Positions 1-14,279 of a stretch of DNA of 64,000 bases are shown piece after piece (the stretch's first letter is position 1; the number at the start of each line of letters is the position of its first letter). Under the pieces are notes generated by a model, which ran no database searches, was not told the origin of the DNA, and saw only the letters and a list, made by a program, of their open reading frames with translations. The stretch is from positions 2,054,954-2,118,953 of the forward strand of contig CM120644.1 of NCBI GenBank assembly GCA_051362555.1, read 5' to 3'. Made by a program: the position numbers and the translations under genes. Source of the stretch: Lingula anatina. Lineage: Eukaryota; Animalia; Brachiopoda.

Positions 1-2189
1 TATTTGTGTGACATATTACATTACATGTACAAAGGATGCGTGTTTGCGTTGTAGAAGAAACATAAATAATTTGCAGTTCCACTATACCAATTTGATTTTC
101 ATCAAAAATAACAATACAGATCTGTCAAATATATTTCTCAATGAATTATTATCAACGTCAGCGCTTAATTTGAGCTGGTTCGGATCACGTCCTGAGTCCA
201 GACGTGTTCTTCTCTTAGGTGATCATGGTGGAAGGGAAATTAACCGCATCCGACCTTGGTCGTCTGCTAATGAATTACATGAAGTGACATGAAGTGACAT
301 GAAGTGTTAAATTTGAAATGCAATGGTCAATTTTGCATGGAATATTCTTATTTATAAAATTTAAACACTCAATCTCAAAACTTCGAATTAAATAAAAAAG
401 GAATTATGAAAGATGAACAGCTGGCGTACCCGCAATATAAAGTGAAATAAAAATAAAGCTAAGTTAACAAGCAGCGTCTGGTTTTGAACCAAAACTCTAC
501 GAATCAGTGGTCAAACTAACAATATGATATGATATACTAAAATGCTTTGTTTTATCTTATGCAAACAATATCCGATGGCTATATATAGAGACGGAGTACA
601 TAGACATTTTTAATTACAAGGGGTGAACTTCCAAGCCGAAAGCACATTGAGCATTTTGTCTATTTTACACACAGTACATATAAAATGATATGCGTACGTA
701 CATGTTGTAACTTCAAACACGTACCTAAGCTTTCATCTGACAATTGCACACAGAAGACAATTTCATAAAAAAAGAAAAACATGTTATTTGATCGGCTACA
801 TAACAGGGGGCGACTCGTGTGGTACTGTAACTACTACAAATATGACGGTGCTGATAGGACTTACTTGTATGACGATGCTGATAGGACTTACTTATGTCCC
901 GATTTTGTTAACACACGACAACAGGTTTGGGACGAAAAAAAGCCAAGACATGTATGCACTCCTTGCACATATAGCACTGTATAGTAATTGTTCACTGTGA
1001 AAAGGGGCCAAATGTTTAAATTGTCTATCGATCTGCTCAATGGACCATCGGCATGTGAATACAACCTCTTTGAGCGTCTTGGGAGTCCACCAATCTTCAG
1101 CGGCTTGAGGGCCCACTCCCCCCCCCCCCCCCCCCCCCGAGGAAGAACGCAAGTTGAGTAGGTGATCACTGTGGCAGTCCCACGATGAAATGCCTGATAT
1201 TAAAACCGACTGACAGTTATATAAGTTGATAAAAGGACATTTGTGATGCCACAGTAAGGCTTATTGCCGAGAGAAATGAAGTCAGACCAAGGATGCGCCA
1301 TCACTAAACAAAGACGTTTTATCTCTACTCTGAGCAGGTGTTGAAGAAATGATTGAGGTGTAAAGTGCGGATCAAAAGAATCAATAAAAGTGATTTTCCA
1401 GCCCACAGTCTAATGTTTGACTTCTTGTGAGAATGCAAGGTTCTTTTAGGACGAGAGCACTTTTGACTTTGAACCAAGATATATCCGAGAACAAAAAGGG
1501 CCAATAAATTTGTAGAGGGGCACTTAATAAAGACAAGTACTGTGCTTGATTTATAGCGATAAAAAGATGTCATTTGTTTTATAACAACAGACATTTTTCT
1601 CTTTTACTGGACTTATTTTACTAATTTGTTTTTAAGCAAAATATATCACCGTTAAGGAATTCAAGGTTATGCCAAAACAATTCCTAAGCTCTTTCCGGAC
1701 AACCGCCCCCAGTTGTTGAATTGCCTGCTTCGTGGTAGAGGGCTCATCGTCGCCGTTAGTCAGATTAAATCCCAATTAGGCCTGATGCGGCACAGTCGTT
1801 ATAGGCACGCACAGGTAAGATCTGCACGCGATGTCCGGTTATCTGTTACGCAATCATGGCCCACATTGCTCTGAGGTGTGGTGAAGAAATGCAATATTTT
1901 GAAAATCCGTAGCCGTTTTTCTACAATAATACATAATAACTTTAATTTTAGGACAGTTTACTATGTTTTCATTAGATATCCCCCGTGTGCTTGAAGGGTG
2001 CCTGGCATGCTGAAATAAGCATAACAATAGGCCGCCGACTTTTTTTTTTTTTACTTCCACATGTACAAATAACGTCAGTGTTCGTCTGATAGGTTAAGTT
2101 TCTCTTGTTAACCCATGAAGTGACCAAAATGTGCAGAAAATGACTAAATGGCTGGAAAAAACGGTAACTACAATGTCAATTAATGCTTG

Positions 2190-2610
2190 TGTTGCCGACA
2201 GTGTCGTCGGCAATTTTTGTTTCGTTTGTTTGTGTTGTTTGTCATGTTTACTTTGTGTTGTCTCGTCTTGGTGTGAGTGGCGCCCTCATATGTTGGATGA
2301 TTGGTGTTCTGTTGAGTGGAAATAAAACGTCACCATGTATTGTCATGGTTGGAACACGCCTAGTACTGTACGCGAATGAGTGGAGGCAGCATTGTTATGT
2401 ATGTATTTAGTTATTTTATATATGTGTTTTATTGTAATTTCTTTATTGTGATATTTGTATTAAGTTGAAATTTATATTTGTTTATTCTGTTACTTTCATT
2501 TGTTTTATTTGTTTCAATTATTTCAGTTCACCGTCATCAGTTTGTGTCAAGACGTGTGTAAATAAATGTTCATACCTCCACCGGAAAATTATGTTTTTGT
2601 ATTCGCAACA
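2190..2610 (+). mobile_element. Solo LTR (BEL/Pao- or Gypsy-like)
   Basis: Termini TGTTGC...GCAACA; exact 5-bp TSD GCTTG at 2185-2189 and 2611-2615; AATAAA near the 3' end; no internal coding region. Confidence 0.8.
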
Positions 2611-4925
2611 GCTTGTTTAGACCAAGAAAGTGGAGATATCTTCAAACAGCACACAAATCTATGGACAATGCCGATCATTTTCACGTTGCAGTGTTATAGT
2701 GTACGCGTGAAATCGGTCGTCGGATAATCTCGGCTTTATTATCAGAACAGAGATTACAGTTAGCCAGTGGTGACAATCATCTCAGTCAGTAAGTTCTGGT
2801 GATGACGCCTGGTAAAATCCACTCTCAATGAGTTGCTAATGAGAATAATCTGCTTCCTTGGGATGTGATTTATTTACCACCAATTGGGAACGCAGCGCAT
2901 GATATAAGTGAAATTGTTAGTGATGTCAATGTCCAAGCTAGTGCACGGTATGACGTTGAAAAAGTACCACTCCCGGGGAAAAGCTGCAGTCATTGAGAAC
3001 AAAGCTTTGTTTATTAAAAGTAAAGAGAACAGCAATAACAGACTCGGAAACGTTATGTGCTGTACATACGCATGATATTGCACTGATGTTTGATAGCAAT
3101 CAATATACTATGACGCAAACTTCAAATACGTCATAAATATATCCATAGGACTGGAAGGAAATTAAATGTAGTTCGGTAGAAAAATAATTCTGCTTGTCTT
3201 TAGGTTTTAAATAGGTTTCCTAAAAAGTCCCAAAGTAAAATGTGGACTGGATTGTCTAATATGAAAAGGTAATTGGATTTGCTTATGGCGTCTATTTGAG
3301 AAAGCGCTAGAAATCTTTATAAATAAGGAAATATCTGCATTGAATAGGAACAACGATCGAATCACCAAGTGATGTTTTGCTCAAAGACGAACGTAATTCT
3401 AGTTTTGTCAATTCTGATGCATTCATCTAGTCCTTAATGTCGTTTTGAAACGATTTCTACTTACCTCATCAAGAGTTCAAGACCGACAACGATCGGATCG
3501 TATTTAGAGACAACAACCCAGGGCTGCATAGGATTAAAGATAACTGCAGAATTTTCACTATACTGGACAGTAGTGCCTTCTCGTTTCGGGCGCAACAAAA
3601 ACCGGTCACAGTTTTGTATTTTTTTATGGTGAGGATAATATGATGACTGAAACGACCAGGATTACATTAGCGGTTGGAGGTCAAGTTCAAGATACCCAGT
3701 GATATATTAGCAGATATACAATATGCCAAAATATCACACTCATTTTGTTATTCCTTAGGACACTCAATTAGCTGTCACACGATATGCAATTGCCACCAAA
3801 CAGATCTAAAAATCGAATTTTTAACGGCTTGTGAAGACACCTTGGATGTAAGGCCAACGTCATATACGCGCAGATGTAAAGGAGTCGGTGGCCCTGGAAC
3901 ATAATAATAATAATAATAATAATAATGAACTTTATTTTTAGAGGGTAAAACGTGCTAAGTGCACGCACTTATCTAACACATGGCCCTCAGTGAAACTGGA
4001 ACTTAATATATGATTCAAGGATTTGCTGTATTCATTTGACACCCTCCAGGTGACGCCTGCTACCACAATCACGGCAGCCACTGGGAAGCTCCTCCGCACA
4101 CACGGCTCCAATCAGCTCACAACGCACTGAAACCGAATAAGCTGCATCTATTCAAACATTCCCCGATTGCCGATGGTGAAACAGGTGCTTAAACGACAGC
4201 TAGTTGCAGTACGAGAAACGGCTATTTAAATAATAAACAGTTGCCATTTCATCTGGCGAAGCAGAAAATCTGAATGCCGTTAACCGCGGTTTCGTAAGCA
4301 TTCGACAGCGACGTATCCAATAGACGTGTTCAGTTGCTGCTTGTAGTTATAAGTAGCTGCTCAGAAAATTGCAACTATCGGGTTTACTCTGAAAAACATC
4401 GTGAAGAAGTTCTTATGCCTGTTGCAGATATGTAGATGATTTGGTTGCGAATTATACCAAAAACGTTTATTCGCGTACTGTGTGTGCAAATGTATAATTG
4501 CAGTTAGACAACAGCAGTACAAGGATTGGACGTGACACAAACTAAACAACAGGTTTTATAAAAGGCCATATGTACGCAGTACCTTGTGACTTTATCTATG
4601 GAAGGTGAACAGCTTCAACTGGAGATGGCGATACTGTTACAATAGCTGTCGGTTTGAGACACAACGGTTCAAGAAATTGATATTTTAAGATAGGCCTGGT
4701 TTGCTTTGGTCTTTTAAACACGTCAAAGGCACTTGGGCCGCGATAAATGTAACAGTGTCACAAAAAGCAATGGTGTGTAGGGTCATGACACAAGTGAGAC
4801 GATCTGGCGCTCATGGACTGCTAGCTACTTAACTGAAATGGAATTTAAAAGAGGGTTCGAAAGCACGCCCCGTGTAGTTAGTGACTGCTGAAGCATTATA
4901 CAGAAAACAACTCGAAAACTCTGAG

Positions 4926-5030
4926 ATGTGTTTCAGAAGAACCCCCTATTTAGCTGTCGGCCTTCTGCTTCACTGGGCATCGGTGATCGGTCAAACTGAG
5001 CCAGAGCAAGACTTGCCACATGTACACGAG
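4926..5030 (+). CDS. GPCR exon 1 (signal peptide)
   Basis: MCFRRTPYLAVGLLLHWASVIG-QTEPEQDLPHVHE, then GAG|GTAGGT donor; phase 0 fits the next exon. Confidence 0.7.
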
Positions 5031-8000
5031 GTAGGTGATGACCACACGGTGTAGAGTGTACAGTTTGTATTGATCTATTTCACCAATTTCAGGAACATAG
5101 ACCTGTGCGTATCTCCCTAATTCGCACAAGCTATAATTTGCATGGTACATTTGATTCTTATGTAGAAGTTTAAAGGTATACACTACCCAGTTTTGAATAT
5201 ATTCCAGTGTCATAATACTATCTACGACCACATGTTCTGCAACACGCCATATGTACATGTCTTTGCCAATTCAGAGTAAAAGGAATCCATCTTATCAAAA
5301 GTTTTTTAATGTCACCATTTTTTCCTGGAATGTAAAGGAGTACACGGCGGTCTAAGCCATTGGCCAGTCATATATAACTAAATTATTTAATTAGTCATGA
5401 TATAAAGCATCAAATCCGAGTGCTAGGACTGTTTGAACAATGATATGTGAGCTTTAATTTCTGAGGAAAATTCGATTTGTCAGGAAAATTGCAGATAGGT
5501 TACCCTCAATATTAAGTCCCAGTTCTAAAATCAAAACGGTATCACTACCCATTGATACATGTATATGAAAATATATTCACAGAACATTTCTCTCTCGGAG
5601 AATTAAAGTAATGACTCCATGCAAGCCAAAGTGTCAAATGTCGCGATGGGAACTACGTGTAAACTAGATAGCTCGCATAGCAAACCTAATGTCAAACTGA
5701 CCTGGTCGGGGACGTCTCAGTAGTAGACAGAGATCAATAATAATAAAACTTATAATATTAGTAATAATAATAATTCTCGAGTTTGATGAATAAGTGCTTA
5801 ACTCTCTATCACTGCCTTTTCTATGGGCAATCAGAGTATATAACCTTAAGCACTTTGGGTGATGAAGTCCATCAACTACCGGTACATATAGAGCTGTCAT
5901 AGATTACCATGTGAGTACTTTTAAACGTGTGATTCATGTGTCCATCGCAGTGCAGTCTACCAATCAATGTATTAGTATAGTTCTTGCCTGGCGCTGTTCT
6001 AGAACACACTTCAGCACTATATTTCTTTCGATCATTTAACGCCCACATGTACAGACCAAACACCTGTCTGAAACCGCGAATTGAACTAATAAAAAGGAAA
6101 TAATAAAAGTGCTGTTGTTGGAGGAGGGTGTCTGGCAGCGTGCTGAAACTCATTGTTCTTCGTCATACCAGAAGGATGATCTAAAAGCTGAAATCCCTTA
6201 CCATGCAGGAAGAGGACACGGCGGTTGCTCGATCTTAGAAGCATTGTGACCTCCAGGTGTAGGAACCGGTGTTGCAGGTGCCTGGTTGTCAAATTCATCC
6301 CAATTATATAAACGGAGCTCCAAAATCGACATTGATTACAGCAAATTGCGACGAGCTGTACTGAACTCGAATTTTCCAAAATAATTTGAACCAGATAACA
6401 AAATTAAGAAATCACTTATGATGAAACATATGATAACAAGGGCTGGCTTGTGGAATGCTTATTTCACTTTTTGATTTTAATTTTAAGAAAGGGTTGTTTT
6501 CCACATAACACGAACAAAATATTGGAAAATAATTTCAAGTATTACAACAGGCATCGGGAAAAAAAACCGTGTCAATATTCTCGTAAAACCTGACTTAATT
6601 CTTTCAGCCGGATTAAATAGCTGGCCAATGTTCTCAATTCCTCTCGAGGCGCTGCCCTATACTTACAGGAAAAGATAGGGGCTGATGAAGACAGGTGCTA
6701 ACAAGGTGCTCATTAACCACTGTTTCTTCTCACTAATTACAATGTTTCACAGGATGTTTACGACGCAGTGTATGCATATTATGACAAATGTTATTAAAAC
6801 TGTTTATCCTTTTCGCCTGTGCCAAGAAAAGGCTACTATCTTACAGGTGGATTGACATGCATACGTCTTTGCGTTTCGTGCCGTAGGATATGTCACTGCT
6901 GTGACCTCTTAAACCGGATATATCAGTGACGTCATTTAGTGAAACTCCGGAAACACCCTTATGTAAATTTAAGAAAAATTGGATTTTTTGTGATTAATAT
7001 CCTTTCTTTAAAATATATTATTTTTAAACACGGAATCCTCTTTTCTTTGAAACAAGGAAGCGTCAGACGGAAAAATTGATAACTCGATTGTAAAAGAGGA
7101 AGTTTACTAACAATCCGTTTCATATTTGAAAATCCGAAAATATAATCGGACATAAAAATCAAATTACAGAAAAAGCAACATTCAGATTCGCTCTATAGGG
7201 TGACAGTGATCTGTCTCCAATCCCTTCAAAGCTGATGCTATTTTCACGAATTATTTTTTGCCTTTACTGTTCATTAGATAACTCTGTGTTCTTGTAATAG
7301 AAGCTGAATAGTCCCTATACTCTGCTGATTCTGGTCATAATTTCACACGCAGGTCGCCGTGAAGAAAATTATTTTATAAGAATTCAATTTGCCTTTCAAT
7401 AGAGTAATCTGTCATTGCATGACGTGGAGTTATATGAATTAGAAAGATCTAGGCTGCGTATCCCGCGGTAACGTGTGAACAGCGTAATTGGGTAATCATA
7501 GAGTAACTGTGTTAATATCATTACTATTAGCTGAACTGAATACCAACATCATTTTTATTTTACATACGCCAAGATTTAATGCCACCACAGCATGTGTTGT
7601 ATTTACAAGATGTCGCTGGGGCGTTTGTAATCTATATACATTCTTTTTTTTTTCGGAGAACGACGTTTATTATCCCATCCCGCTGCCACCAGTGTGATAC
7701 TTGTTTTTTCGCGCTATAATGCTTCGTAGATGGCTTCTATAAAGTGAACCTTGCGAACCGGAATAAACAGCCGTGTTGACCTAGGCATTGGATTAAAAAG
7801 ATGCTGTTTAGCTTTTTCCATAAGAATGCAACTCAAGTTGTTTCAATGTTTCAGAAAATTGGCATTTTAGTCTGACAGCCATGTGGTGTATAAAGTAGCT
7901 ACAAGTAACAAAGGATGATGGCTTCATTTCACTTTGGTATCACATCAGATCCGCTCGTGATTTCGTGAATATTTCTTTATTATTTGCAAACACCATGCCA

Positions 8001-11000
8001 CAGAGTGTCTCAAAACTAGCGTATTCGATTCAGCATGCAACTCTCGCTGACGCAAAAACAGTCACATCACAATTGTGTTTAGCTCGCGTATATAGGCCTA
8101 CATGTATGTACATGTATATGTAAAGCTACACCGTGGTAGCGTGACGAATTTCCCATTATAATGTGACTTTAGTAGAACGTTTTTTTTTAGGAAGCAGTCG
8201 CCGTTCAGCTGTTCTGCCGGTGCTTATGTGAGAGACAATCTTTCCTTTAACCATCGGCCATATGGAAGGCTTGGTGATCGTACACTCTTGTATAAAGTAT
8301 TGATAAATGTAATGATGTGGCGTCGCCCAACTGTGTTTTTAATATACTTTTTCGAAGAAAAAATTGTAACAACCCCAAATCTGATAAGACGCACTTTCAA
8401 AGGCAAAGACGGCTACTAGTTTTCACAATAACTTAATCACATCGATTTTTGTTAAAATAATAGTACTTGATCCCTTCCTGTTTCGAACCCGTTCTTCTAC
8501 ATATGACCACCAGTTCAAACAAATACTTGATCATGAATGCCAGGTCAAAAGCAAGTCAATCTCATTTGGATAAAGCCGTTGGTAATTGCGTTGAATTTCT
8601 AGTAAAACTGGAAAAAGACCGCATGGTAAATAGCAATATGCTCGTTATTATTTATTCAGCTTTCAAGATATTTATTGCTTATGGATTAAACAGTTACGAA
8701 AGATTTTATTGCCCATGAGATAGACGCGAAAGGCTGTTTAATCGATGTATTTTATGCCTCTCCACTGCAATTTGGCCCCGGCACAGGTCTTCAATAAATT
8801 TGGATCTAAATGGTGACGATGTTTTATCATAAGTACAGACATACTTGAAATGAAAATAATGTTGGACTTGGAATAGGATCAGTGACGTGCTTCTTATCTG
8901 ATGGTACTTCGTACTTCCTGCAAAAACGAGACATTCCTGTTTCACTTCGAGTGCACAGAGAGTGGCTGCTAACTGTTCCATTGTGAAATATACACGTGTG
9001 TATCTGATGATCGAGATTTTCACTGTAGTTATTAACAATATGTTATTTACCATGATAGTCAAACTCAAGGGGGATACATCCTTCCACAGCAAACCGTAAA
9101 AGGAGCAATTCAAAACGCATAATTTCAATAAGAAGTAAAAAAGTGTTTATGAGGTTCTCAGTTTTCCCTTTTTAGATACGCGTATTGGTTAACACACTTT
9201 CAGTCAAACAGCAGGAGAGCAAGAAGTTGTCATTTGCAAAATGTGCCAAAACTTTTTCAGACAAAACCTATTACAGACAGATGTTATGACCTCATAACCA
9301 CGCCTGCTGGAAATTTGTTGAGTAAAATCCAATAACACTAAGCGTGGAGTTGCCTCAGAAGGTTCGGCATTAAGAAGGGTACACGTAACAGTGTTCTTTT
9401 ATAGTATTTTTACAAATAGATATAAGTTGGACTCCGAAAACATTGAATAAAACGTTTTTTTAGTACACTGCATTCAGTAAGTGAATATTATACGAAATCA
9501 GTTCCGTGTGGTTTCCCTGATCATTCCATCTAACTGAAACCTCTTAAAAGCCAACTAACCAATTACTAAGTAATGATAAAACCTTCTAAGATAATGGGAT
9601 CTTAATAAGGGGATGCGTGTTCCGCCTTTTTCCGGAGATCAGATCTGCACTGATACATCTTCTTCACAGACGCTGATGAAGACAAGATAAGCCCACATTG
9701 ATTCTGAAGGTTTCATAACCATTGACCTTGCTCCAATATAGTTTAATCCAAACAAAAAATAATTAAATATCCCCATTACTCGGTAACATGCAAAAGCAAA
9801 AAAATCGATTGGTATATCAGATTACTCCTTGTAATGAGCTTGCACGTCAGGCATAGGGGATAATTTAGAAACTTTCACGGATCTAATTGAATGTTTTTGT
9901 CCTTGAGCACGCATAGTAAAGCATGTTACCAAATACTCTTTCTTTACTAGGCTAACATTAACTAATAAATGGGCAAAGTCTTATGCCAACATGTGTTGGT
10001 AATTATTTCAACCGCAGCGAAACGCGAAGCACCACTAAAATGTACAACTGAACTATCTACACAATTCGTAGATGTTATATATTGTTTTTATGGCTGCAGC
10101 ATTTGTCAGGTTTATGAGTTAATCTGTCACAGCTTATATCCGGTAGTGTACTTTTAAAGTGTGTATACCTACCCCCCTCAACCAGGGCGACAGATTGATA
10201 TTTCACAGATATCCACAGATATATCTCTAGATAAATATACAGTCATTTGGCTCTGTGTGTTTTACCGTTTTTCCCTGTAGAATCTGCCACCATTGTAGAG
10301 GGTAGTCAATACCTGCCACCACAGATACTAGTGTATCCAGGATCATTGGACAGTCAGGCTCATGGGGGGTTGGGGGGTAGGGGGTGAGGGGGTGTTTACA
10401 TTCGTGTCTGTAGTGCCAGGGGCAGGTAGAACCGGCCGGGTAGCTCAGTAGGTAAGAGCACTCGCCCTGTAAGCGAGGGGTTCCGGGTTCGATTCCTGGT
10501 CTGGTCGGTGATTTTTCTGCACTCACCCCAAATCGCTACAAACCTTACATTTAAACAGTGACGGGTTAAATGAAAATTACAGGTAACGATCATGTATTAA
10601 TGTATTAATTACATGTATTAATTATCACTTATTAAAAAAGAACAAGACGGATGACATTTCAGTTTTCTTTCAAATTGCAGTCAGAATGTGTGATGTATAT
10701 TGCCTATAGAATAAACAAGCTGACCCAGAAGGACTTCGACCTCAGAAAGGACACGGATCTAAAACAAAAACACTGATACATGTACTTTGGCCATCGTCAA
10801 TTTTTTACTGTATGTGAAAACATCTAGATATCTATACTCTTAGACGCAGGCATGTCAGCCTGTTTTTCTTAGTTTGAATACCACGTTATAAATAACCTTT
10901 AGTGCATATTTTGTCAAAATTGACATACAACGTGCCTTTTGATATTCAGGCTAATTTCAACGCTATCGTTTACCTTCAAGTACTGAGATAAATTGCTGTT

Positions 11001-14000
11001 GATGTACCTAGGTGACTTACAGTTATAGATGTTAAGAGACTTAACGTGCACTTTCGTAGTCGCTTTAATTTAACAGGGCGTTTATATAATGCTTAGATAC
11101 CAGGATGGTGGAATATAATTAATTACCACCCAGTGAGAGACTGGTCTTTTAGATTGCTCTAACTCACGTCGTGCGCTATACCCGACCTGCATGGAAGTGT
11201 GTGTACACATGTATGTTAGGACTTTCCAAATCCCAAGATCTACAGAAGTATTTAGCATTTGTATAACTGAGGGACCACAACTATACCGAACATTTAAATA
11301 TGGAGGACTTTAACAACGTGCAGGGATCATTTTTGAATCGTTCTAAAACATATAATTGGTCAATCTAGTCCCCTCCCATGGTTGCTGTATGTAGGTTTTA
11401 AAACCATATGTCAAAATAATTTAGTCTTGATCAATAGATAGTAAAACAGACATTAAGTCAGTTCTCTATTTTTTGCTTAGTATTGTGAAATTGAAGATGA
11501 AGGCAATATATATACAAGTGCAATATAAGATTACATTGGACATAACGCAGGCATTTTGTACATTTATGCATCTTACATATTTTTCATTATGTTTTAAGAA
11601 TGTGGTGCTCATACCGAGAGCGAAGCAATTTGAGCTTCTCCAAGCAAAGGAACAAGAGTGCTACGAAAAGATGGCATCTGAACCTCCGCCTACGGAAGGT
11701 ATATTTGACATTTCATTTCGCATTTTTTGTAAAAATGCTTTTCATGCTCACGTCAACAACCGCATTTAACTTTTAAGTACTTAAGCGTCTCCAAGGCATA
11801 TGACTCATTCACAATGGGACTATCTGTCTACGTACATTAAGCTAACTCCGGGGGGACTCTCGCTGAATGCAATGACATTAAGAAAGTAAGACGCTTCCTC
11901 TTGCTTCCAACGCTGGTGTATAATAACGAGCCTTTCCATATTCTTATCAAGGCCAAGAGGAAACGTGCTCATCTGTTAATCTGTTTGTAAACACCGAGAG
12001 TCCTCACAAAGTTAGATCGATTAATGTAGATTCATCTAACTCTGCGGGGACTCTCGCTGAGTGCAATCAGCATAAATGAATGACACCTCCCCTCTTGTTT
12101 CTAACGTACTCGAATAACCACCAGATTTTCTGCATGTTACTTCACACCAGGGGGAAGAGTGTGAATCTGTTAAACAGATTGCATTCAGCGGGAGTCCCTG
12201 CACAGCCTAAATAGACCGATGGTGTCTTTGGGAATGGGACCATAGTTTAATTGGGAATGAGCCCATAGTCTGATTGAAAAAACAAATGAGACCTAAGGTT
12301 TTACCTTACTCCGAGACTTAAGATTCGGGTATGTCTTGGTTCTTGACAATTGCCCCCCTCCCCAGGCCAATTTATGTATGCCAACCCACATGAATGCGTC
12401 TTTCGTAATCCTCTTGGGGAATTGATTCAGTGTCTAAAGTTTTTAGTGGGTCGCCGTATTTGATCCGCAGATTTATAAGTCCGCTGTTCTGAATGCGCTC
12501 TGGGTTGCTCTCAAGTACATTCTGATTTTTATCTGTAGGTGCCTATTGCAATAGGACGTGGGATGGACTTTTCTGTTGGCCGAACACCCCTGTTGGGACC
12601 ACAACTATACAGAGCTGTCCTAACTATATCAACATGTTTGATGTGAGAGGTAAAGTAATGCATGAATACAGATTAAATGAACAACAAGAAATAGGATAAG
12701 TTTAACAATGTCAATTAAAATATAGATTAATAAATGAATAGAATAGAACAGGTTAATAAATGAATAAAAACATTAATAAAATGTATATATATATTAAAAA
12801 GCTCGAATGCAATAGAACAGTGCCCTCTAACAAGGTCACAGATGGAAATTTCACTGGACATTTACAGATGTCTCTGTTCGCCTTGGGGAAATGTGCACAC
12901 TATCAATCAGCACTCCGGGTAGAGAGTACAAGTATAGCGAAACTATAGTAGATAAACTGAACTAGCAGACCATTGCTGCATGGTTAATTTCTGTCTGTTT
13001 GTATGTCTGTCGGCCGGTCGATTCCATTCTATCGAACGCTCCGTTCAATTACATACCACTCTCTTTCCAGAAAACGCTTCCAGAGAGTGCTTGCAGAATG
13101 GCAGTTGGTTCTACCACCCTGTCTACAACGGCACTTGGTCCAACTATACTCAGTGTCGGGCAGACCTTAGCCCTGTGCAGGAACTAACCCTTTTCATGAA
13201 GGTAATTAAACACTTGGTCCAACTATACACAATGTCGGGCAGACCTGAGCCCTGTGCAGGAACTAACCCTTTTCATGAAGGTAATTAAACACCGCCGGAT
13301 ACAAGCTGCCCCCTTCTGTGTTGAGAAACCTTTAAATCTTAGACCCCATTCCCGGAGATTAGATCGATCCAACTAGATTGACCTAACTCCCTGGGTGTTC
13401 ACGCTAAATAGATGTTAGCCGAGCGGGCACGAAAGTTAATTACCCCCTTACAGCTTGTAGTAGGCGGGACGGACATTTAAGCCGGATTAGTTGACAGTAA
13501 TCTAGTGAGACTCCCCACGAGGATAGATCGATCTAAAATCTATGGGGATGCGCCCTAAAAAACAGGATCACTATGTTGAGCGTATTGTACGATCTTCTGG
13601 ATGTTCTAGTGTGTGTCTGAACTTATTGGTTGTACAAGGTCCAAAATCGTTCAAGTCTATGTAAAGATGTATTTGTAAATTTGTTTGGTTGTGGTAAAGT
13701 GACAGGGTAGACTAAAATACCATTCATTTACACTCTAGATGCATGAAGCCATTACTCCCTCTGTGCTAGCTTCCACGTGAGAAATGATATCACCCTGTTT
13801 ATTTACTTAACCAAAGTGTGTAACCTGATGAGGGACATCTCGTCCGGATGTCGTCTGCTCTTTAGCAGACATCGCTGACGTCACGGTAATAGATATACGA
13901 CACCAATACTGATGCAAAGTGATGGTAACATAACGCCAAAAAAAAAAAAAAAAACGACAGCGCAAAGCTTTCCTGGGAATTTACGGTGGGAATAGAAACA

Positions 14001-14245
14001 CAATTGTAAAGCATGGATTTTGATAAAGTTAATTAGAAAGAGGAAAGGGGATTTGTCTTAGGGAATTAACGTTTATGTTCACCGGGTTAATTGCGACTAG
14101 AGGAAATGTTGTTGTCCTGGATTGTTGTTATTATTGTCCTTATTGTAATTAATTGGCTGTGATCTCTTTTCTAATCTGTGGCTAACCCCAAAACAACACG
14201 TTACTGACGCAAAACAAGGCATATGGCTTATCTCATTAACCGACT

Positions 14246-14279
<34 letters not shown>

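Noticed and set aside
842-897. 27-bp tandem duplication giving YDxADRTYL twice in ORF 781-984
   Set aside because: Simple local duplication with no evidence of coding
6086-6379. GC-richer minus-strand ORFs in GPCR intron 1
   Set aside because: No recognisable domain or consistent exon chain
10434-10507. Functional tRNA-Thr(TGT) gene
   Set aside because: C at position 33, weak acceptor stem and repeat-like context; kept only as tRNA-like
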